This document shows positions 31,320 to 41,579 of a stretch of 64,000 bases of DNA, piece after piece (position 1 is the stretch's first letter; every line of letters begins with the position of its first letter). Below the pieces are notes generated by a model, which searched no databases, was not told where the DNA came from, and worked only from the letters and a program-made list of their open reading frames with translations. The translations under genes were made by a program, and so were the position numbers. This DNA comes from an uncultured delta proteobacterium (GTDB lineage: Bacteria > Desulfobacterota > Desulfuromonadia > Desulfuromonadales > JACZKF01): contig CAWFKQ010000016.1 in assembly GCA_963816395.1 (NCBI GenBank), positions 512,001 through 576,000 of the forward strand, in the 5' to 3' direction.

Positions 31320-33230
31320 ATGCCAAGGATAAAATCACCTGCCGAGCTGGAAGATTTCCGAAAGGAAGTCCTCTCCCAAAGAGATCCGGATAAACCCAGG
31401 ATTACCCTCTGCTCCGGGAGTGCCTGTCACGCGACCGGGACGGTAAAAGTCGCCTCCGCACTCGAGCGCGAAATCGAAAAGCAGGGAGTCGCCGCTGAAG
31501 TGGTCTTCAGAAGAACCGGTTGCCACGGCTTTTGCGAGCAAGGGCCCATTGTCGTCATTTATCCCGAGGGGATCTGCTACCTGAGGGTACAGCCGGAAGA
31601 TATCCCGGAGATTATTTCCGAGACGATCAAAGAGAAAAAGGTTATCGAGCGCCTGCTTTATATCGATCCGAACACCGGCGAAAAAGCTACCATCGAAGAC
31701 GAAATCCCTTTCTATAAGAACCAGGAGCGGCTTGTTCTCGGTTCCAATCGAAAGATCGACCCCAAAAGTCTGGAAGATTATCTCGCCGTCGAAGGTTATC
31801 AGGCTCTGGTCAAAACCCTCTTCGAGATGACGCCCGAACAGGTCGTTGGCGAAGTGAAGAACGCGAAACTGCGCGGGCGAGGCGGTGCAGGCTTCCCGTC
31901 GGGCATGAAGTGGGATTTTGCCCGTAATGCTCCGGGGGATCAGAAGTATGTCATCGTCAATTGCGACGAGGGCGACCCGGGCGCCTACATGGACCGCTCG
32001 GTGATGGAAGGCAACCCCTTTGCCGTACTCGAAGGCTTGATGATCGGCGCCTATGCCATCGGCGCCAATGAGGGGTATGTTTACGTTCGCCAGGAGTATC
32101 CCCTGGCCGTATCCAATCTGGCGGTCGCCATCAAGAAAGCCGAGGAATACGGGCTCCTCGGCAAGAACATCCTGGGTTCCGGGTTCGATTTCACGGTCAA
32201 GGTGCATCGGGGAGCGGGGGCGTTCATCTGCGGTGAGGAAACATCGCTGCTCAACTCCCTGGAAGGTAAACCCGGAGAGCCGAATGCGCGACCGCCATTT
32301 CCGGCAACGAGAGGGCTTTGGGGGAAACCGACCAATATAAACAACGTCGAAACATGGGCCAATATCCCTCTGATCATCAACAAGGGCGCCGATTTCTTCA
32401 GCTCGATCGGTACTGAGGGGAGCAAGGGAACCAAGATCTTTTCGCTCGTCGGCAAGGTGAACAACACCGGCCTGGTCGAGGTGCCCATGGGTGTCTCCAT
32501 GCGCGACATCATTTTCAAGATCGGCGGCGGGGTCCCCGGCGGCAAGAAGTTCAAGGCGGTGCAGACGGGTGGCCCGTCGGGAGGCTGTATCCCGGAGAAT
32601 CTCCTGGATATCAAGGTCGATTTCGACGAGTTGACCCGGGCCGGCGCCATGATGGGTTCGGGCGGGATGATCGTCATGGACGAGGATACCTGTCTGGTCG
32701 ATATCGCCAGGTATTTCCTCGGCTTCCTGAGTGACGAATCGTGCGGCAAATGTACCCCGTGCCGTGAAGGCATCAGGCAGATGCTGAAGATCCTGACCAA
32801 TATGACCAGGGGGTTAGGCAAAGAGGGGGATATCGAGCGCTTGCAGGAGTTGGCCGAAGCCACCAAAGGCTCCTCCATGTGCGCGCTGGGCAAAACCGCT
32901 CCCAACCCGGTCCTCAGCACCTTAACCTATTTCCGCGAGGAGTATGAGGCGCACATCAATGAGAAGAGATGTCCCTCCCTCTCCTGCAAGGCGCTGATTG
33001 CCTTTCATATCGACGCGGAGAAATGCAAGGGCTGCGGGGCCTGTTTCAGAAAATGTCCCGCGGCAGCGATCGAAGGCGGTAAAAAGCGGATTCACGTCAT
33101 CGACCAGGATAAATGCACCAAGTGCGGGGCTTGTATTGAAGCTTGCCCGAAGGCCTTTGGCGCAGTGAGAAAGATTTCCGGCGAACCCGTGCCGTCTCCT
33201 ATCCCGGAAGAAGCAAGAAGCATAGGATGA
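31320..33230 (+). CDS. bamH: NuoF-like FMN/NADH-binding subunit
   Basis: LRGRGGAGFP, NCDEGDPGA, GAFICGEET, ESCGKCTPCREG, C-terminal 2[4Fe-4S]. Confidence 0.93.
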   Translation: MPRIKSPAELEDFRKEVLSQRDPDKPRITLCSGSACHATGTVKVASALEREIEKQGVAAEVVFRRTGCHGFCEQGPIVVIYPEGICYLRVQPEDIPEIISETIKEKKVIERLLYIDPNTGEKATIEDEIPFYKNQERLVLGSNRKIDPKSLEDYLAVEGYQALVKTLFEMTPEQVVGEVKNAKLRGRGGAGFPSGMKWDFARNAPGDQKYVIVNCDEGDPGAYMDRSVMEGNPFAVLEGLMIGAYAIGANEGYVYVRQEYPLAVSNLAVAIKKAEEYGLLGKNILGSGFDFTVKVHRGAGAFICGEETSLLNSLEGKPGEPNARPPFPATRGLWGKPTNINNVETWANIPLIINKGADFFSSIGTEGSKGTKIFSLVGKVNNTGLVEVPMGVSMRDIIFKIGGGVPGGKKFKAVQTGGPSGGCIPENLLDIKVDFDELTRAGAMMGSGGMIVMDEDTCLVDIARYFLGFLSDESCGKCTPCREGIRQMLKILTNMTRGLGKEGDIERLQELAEATKGSSMCALGKTAPNPVLSTLTYFREEYEAHINEKRCPSLSCKALIAFHIDAEKCKGCGACFRKCPAAAIEGGKKRIHVIDQDKCTKCGACIEACPKAFGAVRKISGEPVPSPIPEEARSIG

Positions 33231-33276
33231 TGGCTAGCCATCCGCTGAATTATACGAAGGCATCATAGGTGATATC

Positions 33277-34032
33277 ATGAGCGCAATCCACTTGCAGGTT
33301 GATGGAAAGGACGTCGCCGCCAAAGAAGGAATGACTATTCTGGAGGCGGCACGAAGCGTGGGTGTTTCGATACCCACCCTTTGCGACCATAAGAAATTGG
33401 CCCCTTACGGGGCTTGCCGGATCTGTACGGTAGAGGCGGATGCCAATGGCAGGACAAATCTCGTCGCCGCCTGTCAGCACCCGGCGGAAAAAAACCTGGT
33501 GGTCAGGACCAGAACTGAAAAGGTGGACAAGATTCGTAAGGTGCTTTTAGAGCAAATGCTGGCTCACGCACCCGATTCTGAACAGTTGCAGAAACTGGCT
33601 CAGGAATATGGCGCGGACAGGAACCGTTTTGAACAGGAGTCTTCGTTCTGCATCCTCTGTGGTCTGTGCGTGAGATATTGCGCCGAGGTCAAGAAGAAGT
33701 GCGCCGTCAGCTTCTTTGACCGGGGAGCGAAGCGGGAGATCGCCTTCATCCCCGAGATTGCCGCCAAGGAATGCTGGGACTGCAAGGAATGTTTTCCGCT
33801 CTGCCCCACCTCGGCGCTGCAGGCCGCATACGTTTTAACCGAGGCGCTGATTTCGCCGGCGGCTCCGGCGAGCCCGCGGCGGAGGAATAAGCCCCTGGCG
33901 GCGATGACAGGCCAGCCTTTTTACCGCGGAGGCGCAGAGGGATCAGGGGCCTTAAGCTTCTTTTTGTTCCGGCTTCTCAGCGCCTCAGCACCTCTGCTGT
34001 GCAGGCACTCAGCTCGAAATTTTCGACAATAA
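33277..34032 (+). CDS. bamI: NuoG N-terminal-like Fe-S subunit; true 3' end probably near 33890
   Basis: IPTLC..GACRIC..AAC, CILCGLCVRYC, CWDCKECFPLCP; the last ~45 codons run through a REP-like element. Confidence 0.85.
   Translation: MSAIHLQVDGKDVAAKEGMTILEAARSVGVSIPTLCDHKKLAPYGACRICTVEADANGRTNLVAACQHPAEKNLVVRTRTEKVDKIRKVLLEQMLAHAPDSEQLQKLAQEYGADRNRFEQESSFCILCGLCVRYCAEVKKKCAVSFFDRGAKREIAFIPEIAAKECWDCKECFPLCPTSALQAAYVLTEALISPAAPASPRRRNKPLAAMTGQPFYRGGAEGSGALSFFLFRLLSASAPLLCRHSARNFRQ
33923..34000. repeat. REP-like imperfect palindromic element (same family as 1421-1524)
   Basis: ACCGCGGAGGCGCAGAGG pairs with CTCAGCGCCTCAGCACCTCTGCTGT. Confidence 0.55.
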
Positions 34033-34056
34033 GTGGCAAAAAAGGAGAAATGGGGA

Positions 34057-35039
34057 ATGTCCGCTCTTACACTTCGATCGCTCCGTCCCGACGATCTTGC
34101 CCGGATTTCCGAAATCGAAAGCCGGATTGCCGGCCGGCCCCGCAAAGCGTTCTTCGAAAAGCGCCTGGCGGTGGCGACGGCGACTCCCGAAAGTTTCATC
34201 ACCTGTGCGGCTCTCGATGGGGAGAAACTCGTCGGCTACGGTTTTGCCCGGATCCAGGAAGGTGAGTTCGGCGCTACCGGAGCGGCTGCCGTATTGGACG
34301 TCATCGGTGTCGCTCCCGATGCCCGGCGCCAGGGGATCGGTAAAGCGGTGCTCTCCGGTATAGAGCAGAGAATGGAGAAGAAAGGGTATCGATGTCCTGC
34401 GCACGAAAGCTGTCTGGACCGACCACGTGATGACCAGCTTCTTCTCTTCCGCCGGATTCCAGCTGGCACCCAGTCAGGTGATCGAACGCGGGACTTCGCC
34501 CCTGCGCGAGAAAGTCAGCGAGGTGAGTTCGGTCAAGATGGACGGCGTCTGGCGGGTCCACGGGTCCGGCGGTGATGATTACGATACCCTGGCCCGCGAT
34601 CGGTTCCTGGTCCGCTCCCTGCGGGAGGATGATCTGGCCGCCATTGTCCGCATCGACAGCAAACTCACCGGCCGGGAGCGCGCCCCCTACTATCAAACCA
34701 AATTCCAGGAGATGCTGGTCGAAACGGGGATCCGGGTCTCCCTGGTCGCCGAGGATTTCAATGTCGTTGCCGGATTCATCATGGCCCGGCTGGATTACGG
34801 CGAATTCGGCAAGGCCGACCAGGCGGCCGTCATCGATACCATCGGCGTCCATCCGGCCTACACAGGCAGCGGCCTGGGGCGAGCCCTGCTTTCCCAGTTG
34901 CTGGTCAATCTGTCGACCCTGAAGGTCGAGTTCGGTACGGACCCAGGTGTCCTGGCAGAACTTCGGGCTCCAGCAGTTCCTCCATGCAAACGGATTCGCA
35001 CCGTCACAACGGCTGGTCCTGGTCAAAACCCGTAAGTGA
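34057..35039 (+). CDS. Tandem-domain GNAT acetyltransferase; two +1 frameshifts (near 34385 and 34930)
   Basis: Two homologous halves: GEFG...AVLDVIGVAPDARRQGIG and GEFG...AVIDTIGVHPAYTGSGLG; repaired frame ends GFAPSQRLVLVKTRK-stop at 35039. Confidence 0.8.
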
Positions 35040-35252
35040 GAGCGGGCCGCCCATCATTCGTCCGTGCATGCCACCATGCGTGGGTCCTTCGTTCCGCCCT
35101 TAAGGTTGGGACTTCTTCCCTTGCGGGCCGGTCGGAAATCGGCGTCCAATGCGGATCTGCAAAAAAAGGTAGCGCCGGCACCGATGAAATGCTAACACTG
35201 GACGGAATGAACCAGAGCCGCGCGAACGGGGCAGGAAGGGTGAATTCCGAAG

Positions 35253-36071
35253 ATGACCAGAAGCGTGTCCCAGGACCCCGTTAAGGACGAGGACAAGTAC
35301 AACATCCGGGCGATTGTGAGAGCCATCTCGGTGCTCGAGGTCTTCTCCCGCGAGCGCAGAACGCTCTCCCTCGATGAGCTCACGCAAGCCTCCGGTCTCT
35401 CCAAGCCCACACTCTTCCGCATCCTCTCCACGCTGCAAAGCAAAAAGTACGTCCTCCAGGACAAGAAGGACGGGCGCTACCGGCTCGGCTCGGTTTTCCT
35501 CGCACTTGCCTCCTCGGCGCTCGGCGCCTCGGCACTCGGTTCCCTCAATCTCGGGACGATAACCCGCCCCCACCTCATCGAGTTGCGCAACAGAGCCCAG
35601 GCCACGGTGCTCCTTGGCGCGCTGATGGAGGATCTTCTCGTCTATCTCGAAAAGCAGGAAGGGAAGGGGCCGGTAAGGCTCGCCGCTGACATCGGCTGGC
35701 GCCGCGATCCCCCCAACTACGGCATGCTCGGCATGACCCTTATGGCTCACATTCAACCCGCCGAACAGGAACGTCTTCTGCGGGAGTCCCCCCCGCACGC
35801 CTACACGCGGAAATCCGTGACCGACCTCGGGCTCTTCCGCCAGAAACTGCGCGAGATACGTGACTGCGGCCATGTGGTGGAGTTCGAAGAGGCCATAGAG
35901 GGGGTATGGGGGGTCGCCGCCCCGGTGTGGAACTCCGCCGGCGAAGTGGTCGCCGCCGTCGGCGCGGCATTGCCCATGACGGTGAAAAGCGACGAGCGTA
36001 TCGCCGAGACGATACATCTTGTGAAGTCGTGCGCCAAAGAAATCTCCTCCGACCTCGGCCACCGGGGCTAG
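35253..36071 (+). CDS. IclR-family transcriptional regulator
   Basis: RAISVLE..SGLSKPTLFRILSTL HTH; C-terminal GVWGVAAPV. Confidence 0.92.
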   Translation: MTRSVSQDPVKDEDKYNIRAIVRAISVLEVFSRERRTLSLDELTQASGLSKPTLFRILSTLQSKKYVLQDKKDGRYRLGSVFLALASSALGASALGSLNLGTITRPHLIELRNRAQATVLLGALMEDLLVYLEKQEGKGPVRLAADIGWRRDPPNYGMLGMTLMAHIQPAEQERLLRESPPHAYTRKSVTDLGLFRQKLREIRDCGHVVEFEEAIEGVWGVAAPVWNSAGEVVAAVGAALPMTVKSDERIAETIHLVKSCAKEISSDLGHRG

Positions 36072-36332
36072 CTCCGCGCCTCTTCCCCGCCACCGGACTG
36101 TTTCCATCCGGAAAGATTCCCTCACCGTAACGCGGCATTCTACGGATTTCCGTGGGGGTAACGATGCACGTCTCCTCGCCCTTGATTTCCCCCCTCCTCC
36201 TTGTTGGAGGACTTCCTGCCGATAAACCTTAAAAACGGCAAAAACCAACAATTCAGCGGATGTGCAAATGCTTTTTCTTGGATAAAAATCAGTCCACCAC
36301 CGCATTAACCTGCGACAGGGAAAAATATTTCC

Positions 36333-36396
36333 TTGACACGAGAGGCGCAGCCGGCTTAAATGGATAGAAATGAAATGTCATTTCATCTCATGAAAT
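36333..36396 (+). promoter_or_regulatory. Promoter and IclR-like operator upstream of the bamB paralogues
   Basis: TTGACA-N17-TTAAAT; overlapping palindromes ATGAAATG-T-CATTTCAT (36370-36386) and ATTTCAT-CTC-ATGAAAT (36380-36396). Confidence 0.65.
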
Positions 36397-36657
36397 AATC
36401 GCCGTGAGGCGACGGCCCGCGGCGGGAGAATGCGAGTCGGCGGCGGTTTTGCAGCAAGGGCATTTCGGCATTCCTCTCTCGTCTCTTGCCGGCCCTGGTT
36501 TTTCTTTTGAAGTTAGAGAGATAGCGTCCGCTGTGGCATGCATGGGCCGGAAGGCTGAACCCAATAGTTAGCATTAAGGTACCGAGTTGCCCTTTGTGGT
36601 TGTCGGTGCATCGATGATTGCTGCTGAGCACCGACCCGGGCAAGAGAAGGGGAGAAA

Positions 36658-38656
36658 ATGAGGTATGCAGAGACAGGGTTTGATTTGGAAATCGATCTGA
36701 CCCGAGGGAACATTGAGAGAGTACAAACCGATCCAGAGCTGACCCGGCTTTATCTCGGGGGGCAGGGCGCTGCCGCGGAGATCCTGTGGGAGAGGGTTCC
36801 TCCTGAAGTTGAACCATTTTCCCCCGACAACCTCCTCATCTTCAGCGCCGGTCTGCTGGCGGCCACCCCCGTCCCCGGCGCCAATCGTACTTGTGTCAGC
36901 AGCATCAGTCCCCAGTCCAACCTCTATGTCGATTCCGGATTCGAAGGTTTTTTCGGACCGGAACTGAAACATGCCGGTTACGACAAGATCGTTATTCGCG
37001 GCAAGTCCTCCGGCCTGGTTTATCTGTGGATACACGATGACCAGGTCGAAATACGTGATGCGAGCCATTTGCGGGGGAAAAGCCCGCAGGAAACCGCCGC
37101 GCTCATTCAACGGGAGTTGAAGGATCCCAAACTCCAGGTGGCCGCCATCGGCATCGCCGGTGAAAACAAGGTCTGCCAGGCCAGCATCGAACACGCCAAT
37201 ACCAGCGCCTCGCGCGGTGTGGGCGTGATCATGGGAGATAAAGGGCTGAAGGCGATCGCCGTCCGTGGAACAAAGGACCTTAACATTGCTCAACCTGCTG
37301 AACTCTTTGAGATATGCATCCGCCAGTATCGGGAAATCTACGATAACCCGTCCTGCGGGGATGTTTTTTTGAGTAAAGACGACGATTCCTGGCACGTCAA
37401 TAATCTCGCCGGAAGCATTGCCGGCGCGCGTGAAAAAAATTATTGGATTGAAGAAATTGAAGAAGAGTGGAAGGTGCGTGTTGAAAGCGAGCGTATTACC
37501 ACCCAGTGGGAAAATTACAGCCAGGAATTCGAAGAGATACGCGAGACGGTTATCGATCAAAGCGAGCTCCTTCGAGGGACCGGTTGCTATAACTGCCCGA
37601 AGGAGTGCCATCGGTCGTTTTACCTGCCGGGCGCGCGGAAATATTTCCTGAAAAACTACGGCAAACTCGTCTATGCGATGGCGGCCTACAAGGATCTGAA
37701 ATTCAATTTTGACCTGCTTGCCGCCATGCAGGAGTACGGACTGGACGAAGCCGCAATGCCGCAAGTCCTCGCTTTCGTCCTCGAACTTTACCAAGCCGGC
37801 ATTTTGACCGATCAGGATCTGCCGGAATTTCCGGACGATGGGGTGGGAAGATTTCTCTACCTTCTGGGAAAAGTTGCCCGACGGGAAGGGATTGGCGATG
37901 CGTTGGCCAATGGCCTTTATCTGGCAGCCCGTCAGATTGGCAAGGGCGCCGAAGCATACGATCGTACCGGCAAGAAAGTTGAGCAGCTGCCGCTCAAGCG
38001 GGAAACGGCCAACTACCCTTTCTTCCTTATGCACGCCACCGGGGGAAAGATGGATATCACCCAGATTGAAGGGTCCTTTCCGCAGGTGCCGATTCCCGGC
38101 AAGAACGAGAGAGCGGAGTTTGTAAAAGGGTGGGACGCAGCTCCGGAGAATTTTAAACAGTGGTTCCTGGAATGGGAACCAGGGCAACCGTACGGTATTG
38201 AAGCGGCCGTCAACATCGCCGATTGGAACGAGGCCATGCATTACGCGGATGACGCCCTGGGGGTGTGCCCCCTTCTGTCGTCGTTTCGCGGCCAATTTGG
38301 CGGCCGGCCTCCCTATCATCTGCACAATTTGCCAAAGCTCATCTCCCTGGCGACCGGAATGGACCTGGATTCAGACGGACTCTTGGCAATCGCCCGGAGG
38401 AACCGACAGCTGGTTAGAGCCATTAATGTCAGAAGGGGCCTGAGAAGAATTGATGAGAACCCCTCGGAAGACCTTTGGCCGGACAGGGATCCCGAGATGG
38501 AGCAAAAGTACCTTGACGCGTACTATGAATTCAAAGGCTGGACGCGTGAGGGCATTCCGGCCAGAGAGACCCTGGACAGACTGGGCCTGGATTACGTTAG
38601 CGAGGATCTGCGTAAAGAGGGGGATTCTCACCGGCAGCGAAGAGGTCAAAAAATGA
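36658..38656 (+). CDS. bamB: BamB paralogue 2 (AOR family; W-ligand Cys replaced by Asn); +1 frameshift near 38611
   Basis: Colinear with bamB at 22977; repaired end SEDLVKRGILTGSEEVKK-stop overlaps the next ATG (ATGA). Confidence 0.85.
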
Positions 38657-40614
38657 GGTACGCAGAGACCGGGTTAAATCTGGAGATCGATCTCTCCCAG
38701 GGAACCGTTGAGAGGGTAAAAACCGATCCACGGTTGACCGAACTTCACCTGGGGGGACAGGGGACGGCCGCAAAGATACTCTGGGACCGGGTTCCGCCTG
38801 AAGTCGAACCTTTTTCCCCCGACAATCTCCTCATCTTCAGTGCCGGTCTGTTCCATGGCACGCCCGTTCCCGGCGCCAATCGAACCTCTGTCAGCACCTT
38901 TTCTCCCCTGACGAATCTGTATGTCAATTCACTGATGGGAGGCTGGTTCGGGCCGGAACTGAAATATGCCGGTTACGACAAGATCGTCATCCGGGGGGAG
39001 GCTCCCGGGCTGGTGTATCTATGGATCCACAATGACAAGGTCGAAATTCGCGACGCCAGTCATCTGCAGGGAAAAGGCTGCCAGGAAACCGCCAGCGCTT
39101 CTGCAACAGGAATTGAAGGACCCCAGAGTCCAGGTGGCGGCTATCGGGTTGGCCGGTGAAAACCGGGTCTATCAGGCGACCATCGAGCACGCCAACTCCA
39201 GCGCCTCCCGGCATGGAATCGGCGCGGTCATGGGGGCCAAGCGGCTAAAGGCGATCGCTGTTCGCGGCACCCGGGACCTCCATATCGCCCAGCCGGCCGA
39301 GCTCTGGGAACTGTGCAAAAACAAGTACCAGGAGATTCACGAGAACAAAAATTGCGGCGACCCCATGGCGCACGATCATAATGAAAGCTTCCATGTCGAC
39401 AACTTCGCCTGGGGCAATGCGCGGACGCGGAGAAAGGGCTACTGGAACAAGGAGCGTGAAGCGAACTGGGTGGCGAAGTGGAAAGAGGTACGGACCCGGG
39501 ACTCGGGTTGCTACAACTGCCCGAAGGATTGCCACTACTCGATCTCCTATCCCGGCCGCCAAAAATATTTCCTGAAGTGCTTCAACAAGCTTACCTACTG
39601 CATGGCGGCCTATCAGGAAATCGACTTCAATTACAACATCCTCGGCCTGACCAGCGCCTACGGACTGGACGGATTCTCGACCCCGCAAGTTCTCGCCTTT
39701 GCCATCGAGCTCTACGAAGCCGGCATTTTAACCAACGATGATTTGCCGGGTTTCCCCGCCGACGGGGCCGAGAGGTTCTTCTATCTCCTCGAAAAAATCG
39801 TTCGACGGGAAGGGATTGGCGATGTGCTGGCCAATGGCGTTTATCAGGCAGCCCGTCAGATTGGCAAGGGCGCGGAAGAATTCGATCACAATACGACGAA
39901 AAAAGTCGAACAGGTGCCCCTCAAGCTGGGGGTCATAAATTACCCCTTCTTCCTGATGTATTGCACCGGTGAAAAGATGAATATCACCCAGATTGAAGGG
40001 TCTTTCCCCCAGGCGCCCATTGCCGATCCGGCGAGGAGAAAAAAGTTCGTCGAAAACTGGGATGCCGCGCCGGAGAAATTCAAAAAGTGGTTTTTGGAAT
40101 GGGAACCGCGTCAGCATATGCCCATTGAAGCCTCGGTCAACGTTTGTGACTGGAATGAGGCCATGCATTACGTCGATGACGCCATCGGGACCTGCGCCTG
40201 GCTGTCGTCATTCAGGGGGCAGTTTGGCGGGTCGCCCGCCCTACCATCTGTTCAATCTGCCGAAGTTCATATCGCTGGCGACCGGCATGGATCTCGACCC
40301 GGACGGACTTTTGGAAATAGCCCGCAGAAACCGGCAGCTGATTAGAGCCATTAATGTAAGAAGAGGCTTGAGAAGAATTGTTGAGAAGCCGCCGGAAGAT
40401 CACTGGAAGACTCGCGACCCCGAAATGGAACAAAAGCACCTTGACGCCTATTATGCATTCAAGGGTTGGACTAAAGATGGTGTTCCTACCCTGGAGACGT
40501 TGGACAAGCTCGGTTTGGATTACGTCAGCGAAGATTTCTCGAAGAGGGGGATCTGGACGGATCAAGAAAGCCCTCTCCTGCAGGAGGCATTCGACCGGAA
40601 AAGAAGAAGACTAA
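38653..40614 (+). CDS. bamB: BamB paralogue 3; +1 frameshifts near 39095, 40231 and probably 40591 (alternative end 40637)
   Basis: MRYAETG start, HNESFHVDNFAWGN, CYNCPKDC, FLKCFNKLTY, TQIEG, DWNE. Confidence 0.85.
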
Positions 40615-40633
40615 AGTCAAGGAGGTGGTGTTC

Positions 40634-41188
40634 GTGAGGAATCGAACGGAGAAGAAAACAGTAAAAGAAATAAACGTCAATCTCGACAAATGCATCGGCT
40701 GCCGAGCCTGCGAACTGGCCTGCTCCGCCTTTCATGCCAAGCCGAAATATAGCAGCATCAACCCGGAAAGGTCCCGGATTCGGGTGGTTATGGACTTGCT
40801 GAACGATGTGTACGTTCCGATACGCGCCGGAGATTATACGCCGGCCGAATGCAGCGGCCGCCATACGTACACGATCAACGGCAAAGAATACTCTCAGTGC
40901 AGCTTCTGCAGCGTTTCCTGTCCGGCCCGTGATCTGTTCAAGGAGCCCGATTCGGGGCTGCCGCTCAAATGCGACATGTGCGGGGACGATCCGACGCTCA
41001 CGGAACCCTTATGCGTCCAGGTATGCCGCTGCGGCGCCTTGACCTACGCCGAGTGGGAAGAAGAGGTCGAAGAAGTGCCAGTCAAGCGGGACGAGATGGA
41101 AACCGGCCTGGAATCGCTGATCAACAGATTTGGCCAGGAGAAGGTGGCTGATGCGTTTGCGCAGATAGCCAAAAACTCGAAACGCTAA
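40634..41188 (+). CDS. bamC: BamC paralogue
   Basis: CIGCRACELAC, CSFCSVSCPARDLFKEPDSGLPLKCDMC; GTG after GGAGG. Confidence 0.9.
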   Translation: MRNRTEKKTVKEINVNLDKCIGCRACELACSAFHAKPKYSSINPERSRIRVVMDLLNDVYVPIRAGDYTPAECSGRHTYTINGKEYSQCSFCSVSCPARDLFKEPDSGLPLKCDMCGDDPTLTEPLCVQVCRCGALTYAEWEEEVEEVPVKRDEMETGLESLINRFGQEKVADAFAQIAKNSKR

Positions 41189-41460
41189 ATCCAGAGAACC
41201 GGGAGAGGCATGGAACCGTAGCTCCCCTGAGAAGTTCGAGGGCCTCGCCCAGGAGGGCGGATGTCGGCAGAGCAGGTTTGGCTCCTTGAAGCCAGGCGGG
41301 TGTTCCACGGTGGTGGGTCGTGCGGCAAAGTTTTCGGAGGGTGCCGGGCCGCCACTCGCGCCGTAGCTTCCGAGGCGGTGCCGATGGACCCAGGGGGCCC
41401 CAGTTCCCGCAGCGCCGTTCGCCTCCTGGAAAAAAAGCATTCAAAGTACTTCCCTTCGAA

Positions 41461-41480
41461 GTAATTTGGTACTATATTAC
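41461..41480. promoter_or_regulatory. Second copy of the 20-bp palindromic operator, upstream of fdhD
   Basis: GTAATTTGGTACTATATTAC. Confidence 0.65.
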
Positions 41481-41579
41481 CTGGAATGCCGTTCTATTTT
41501 GATCCGAAATATGCGGCCGGCCTAAGTCCCGAATCCAGAAGCCGCGCGCATCGTGCGGGTGCCTTGCCCCGGGAGAGGT

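Noticed and set aside
33891..34032. C-terminal extension of BamI
   Set aside because: It translates a REP-like hairpin, and an out-of-frame GAGGAATAA at 33882-33890 looks like the natural end
36658..39159. 833-aa apparent BamB-BamB fusion ORF
   Set aside because: One extra C near 38611 bypasses the natural TGA at 38654-38656; the repaired end matches the other paralogues
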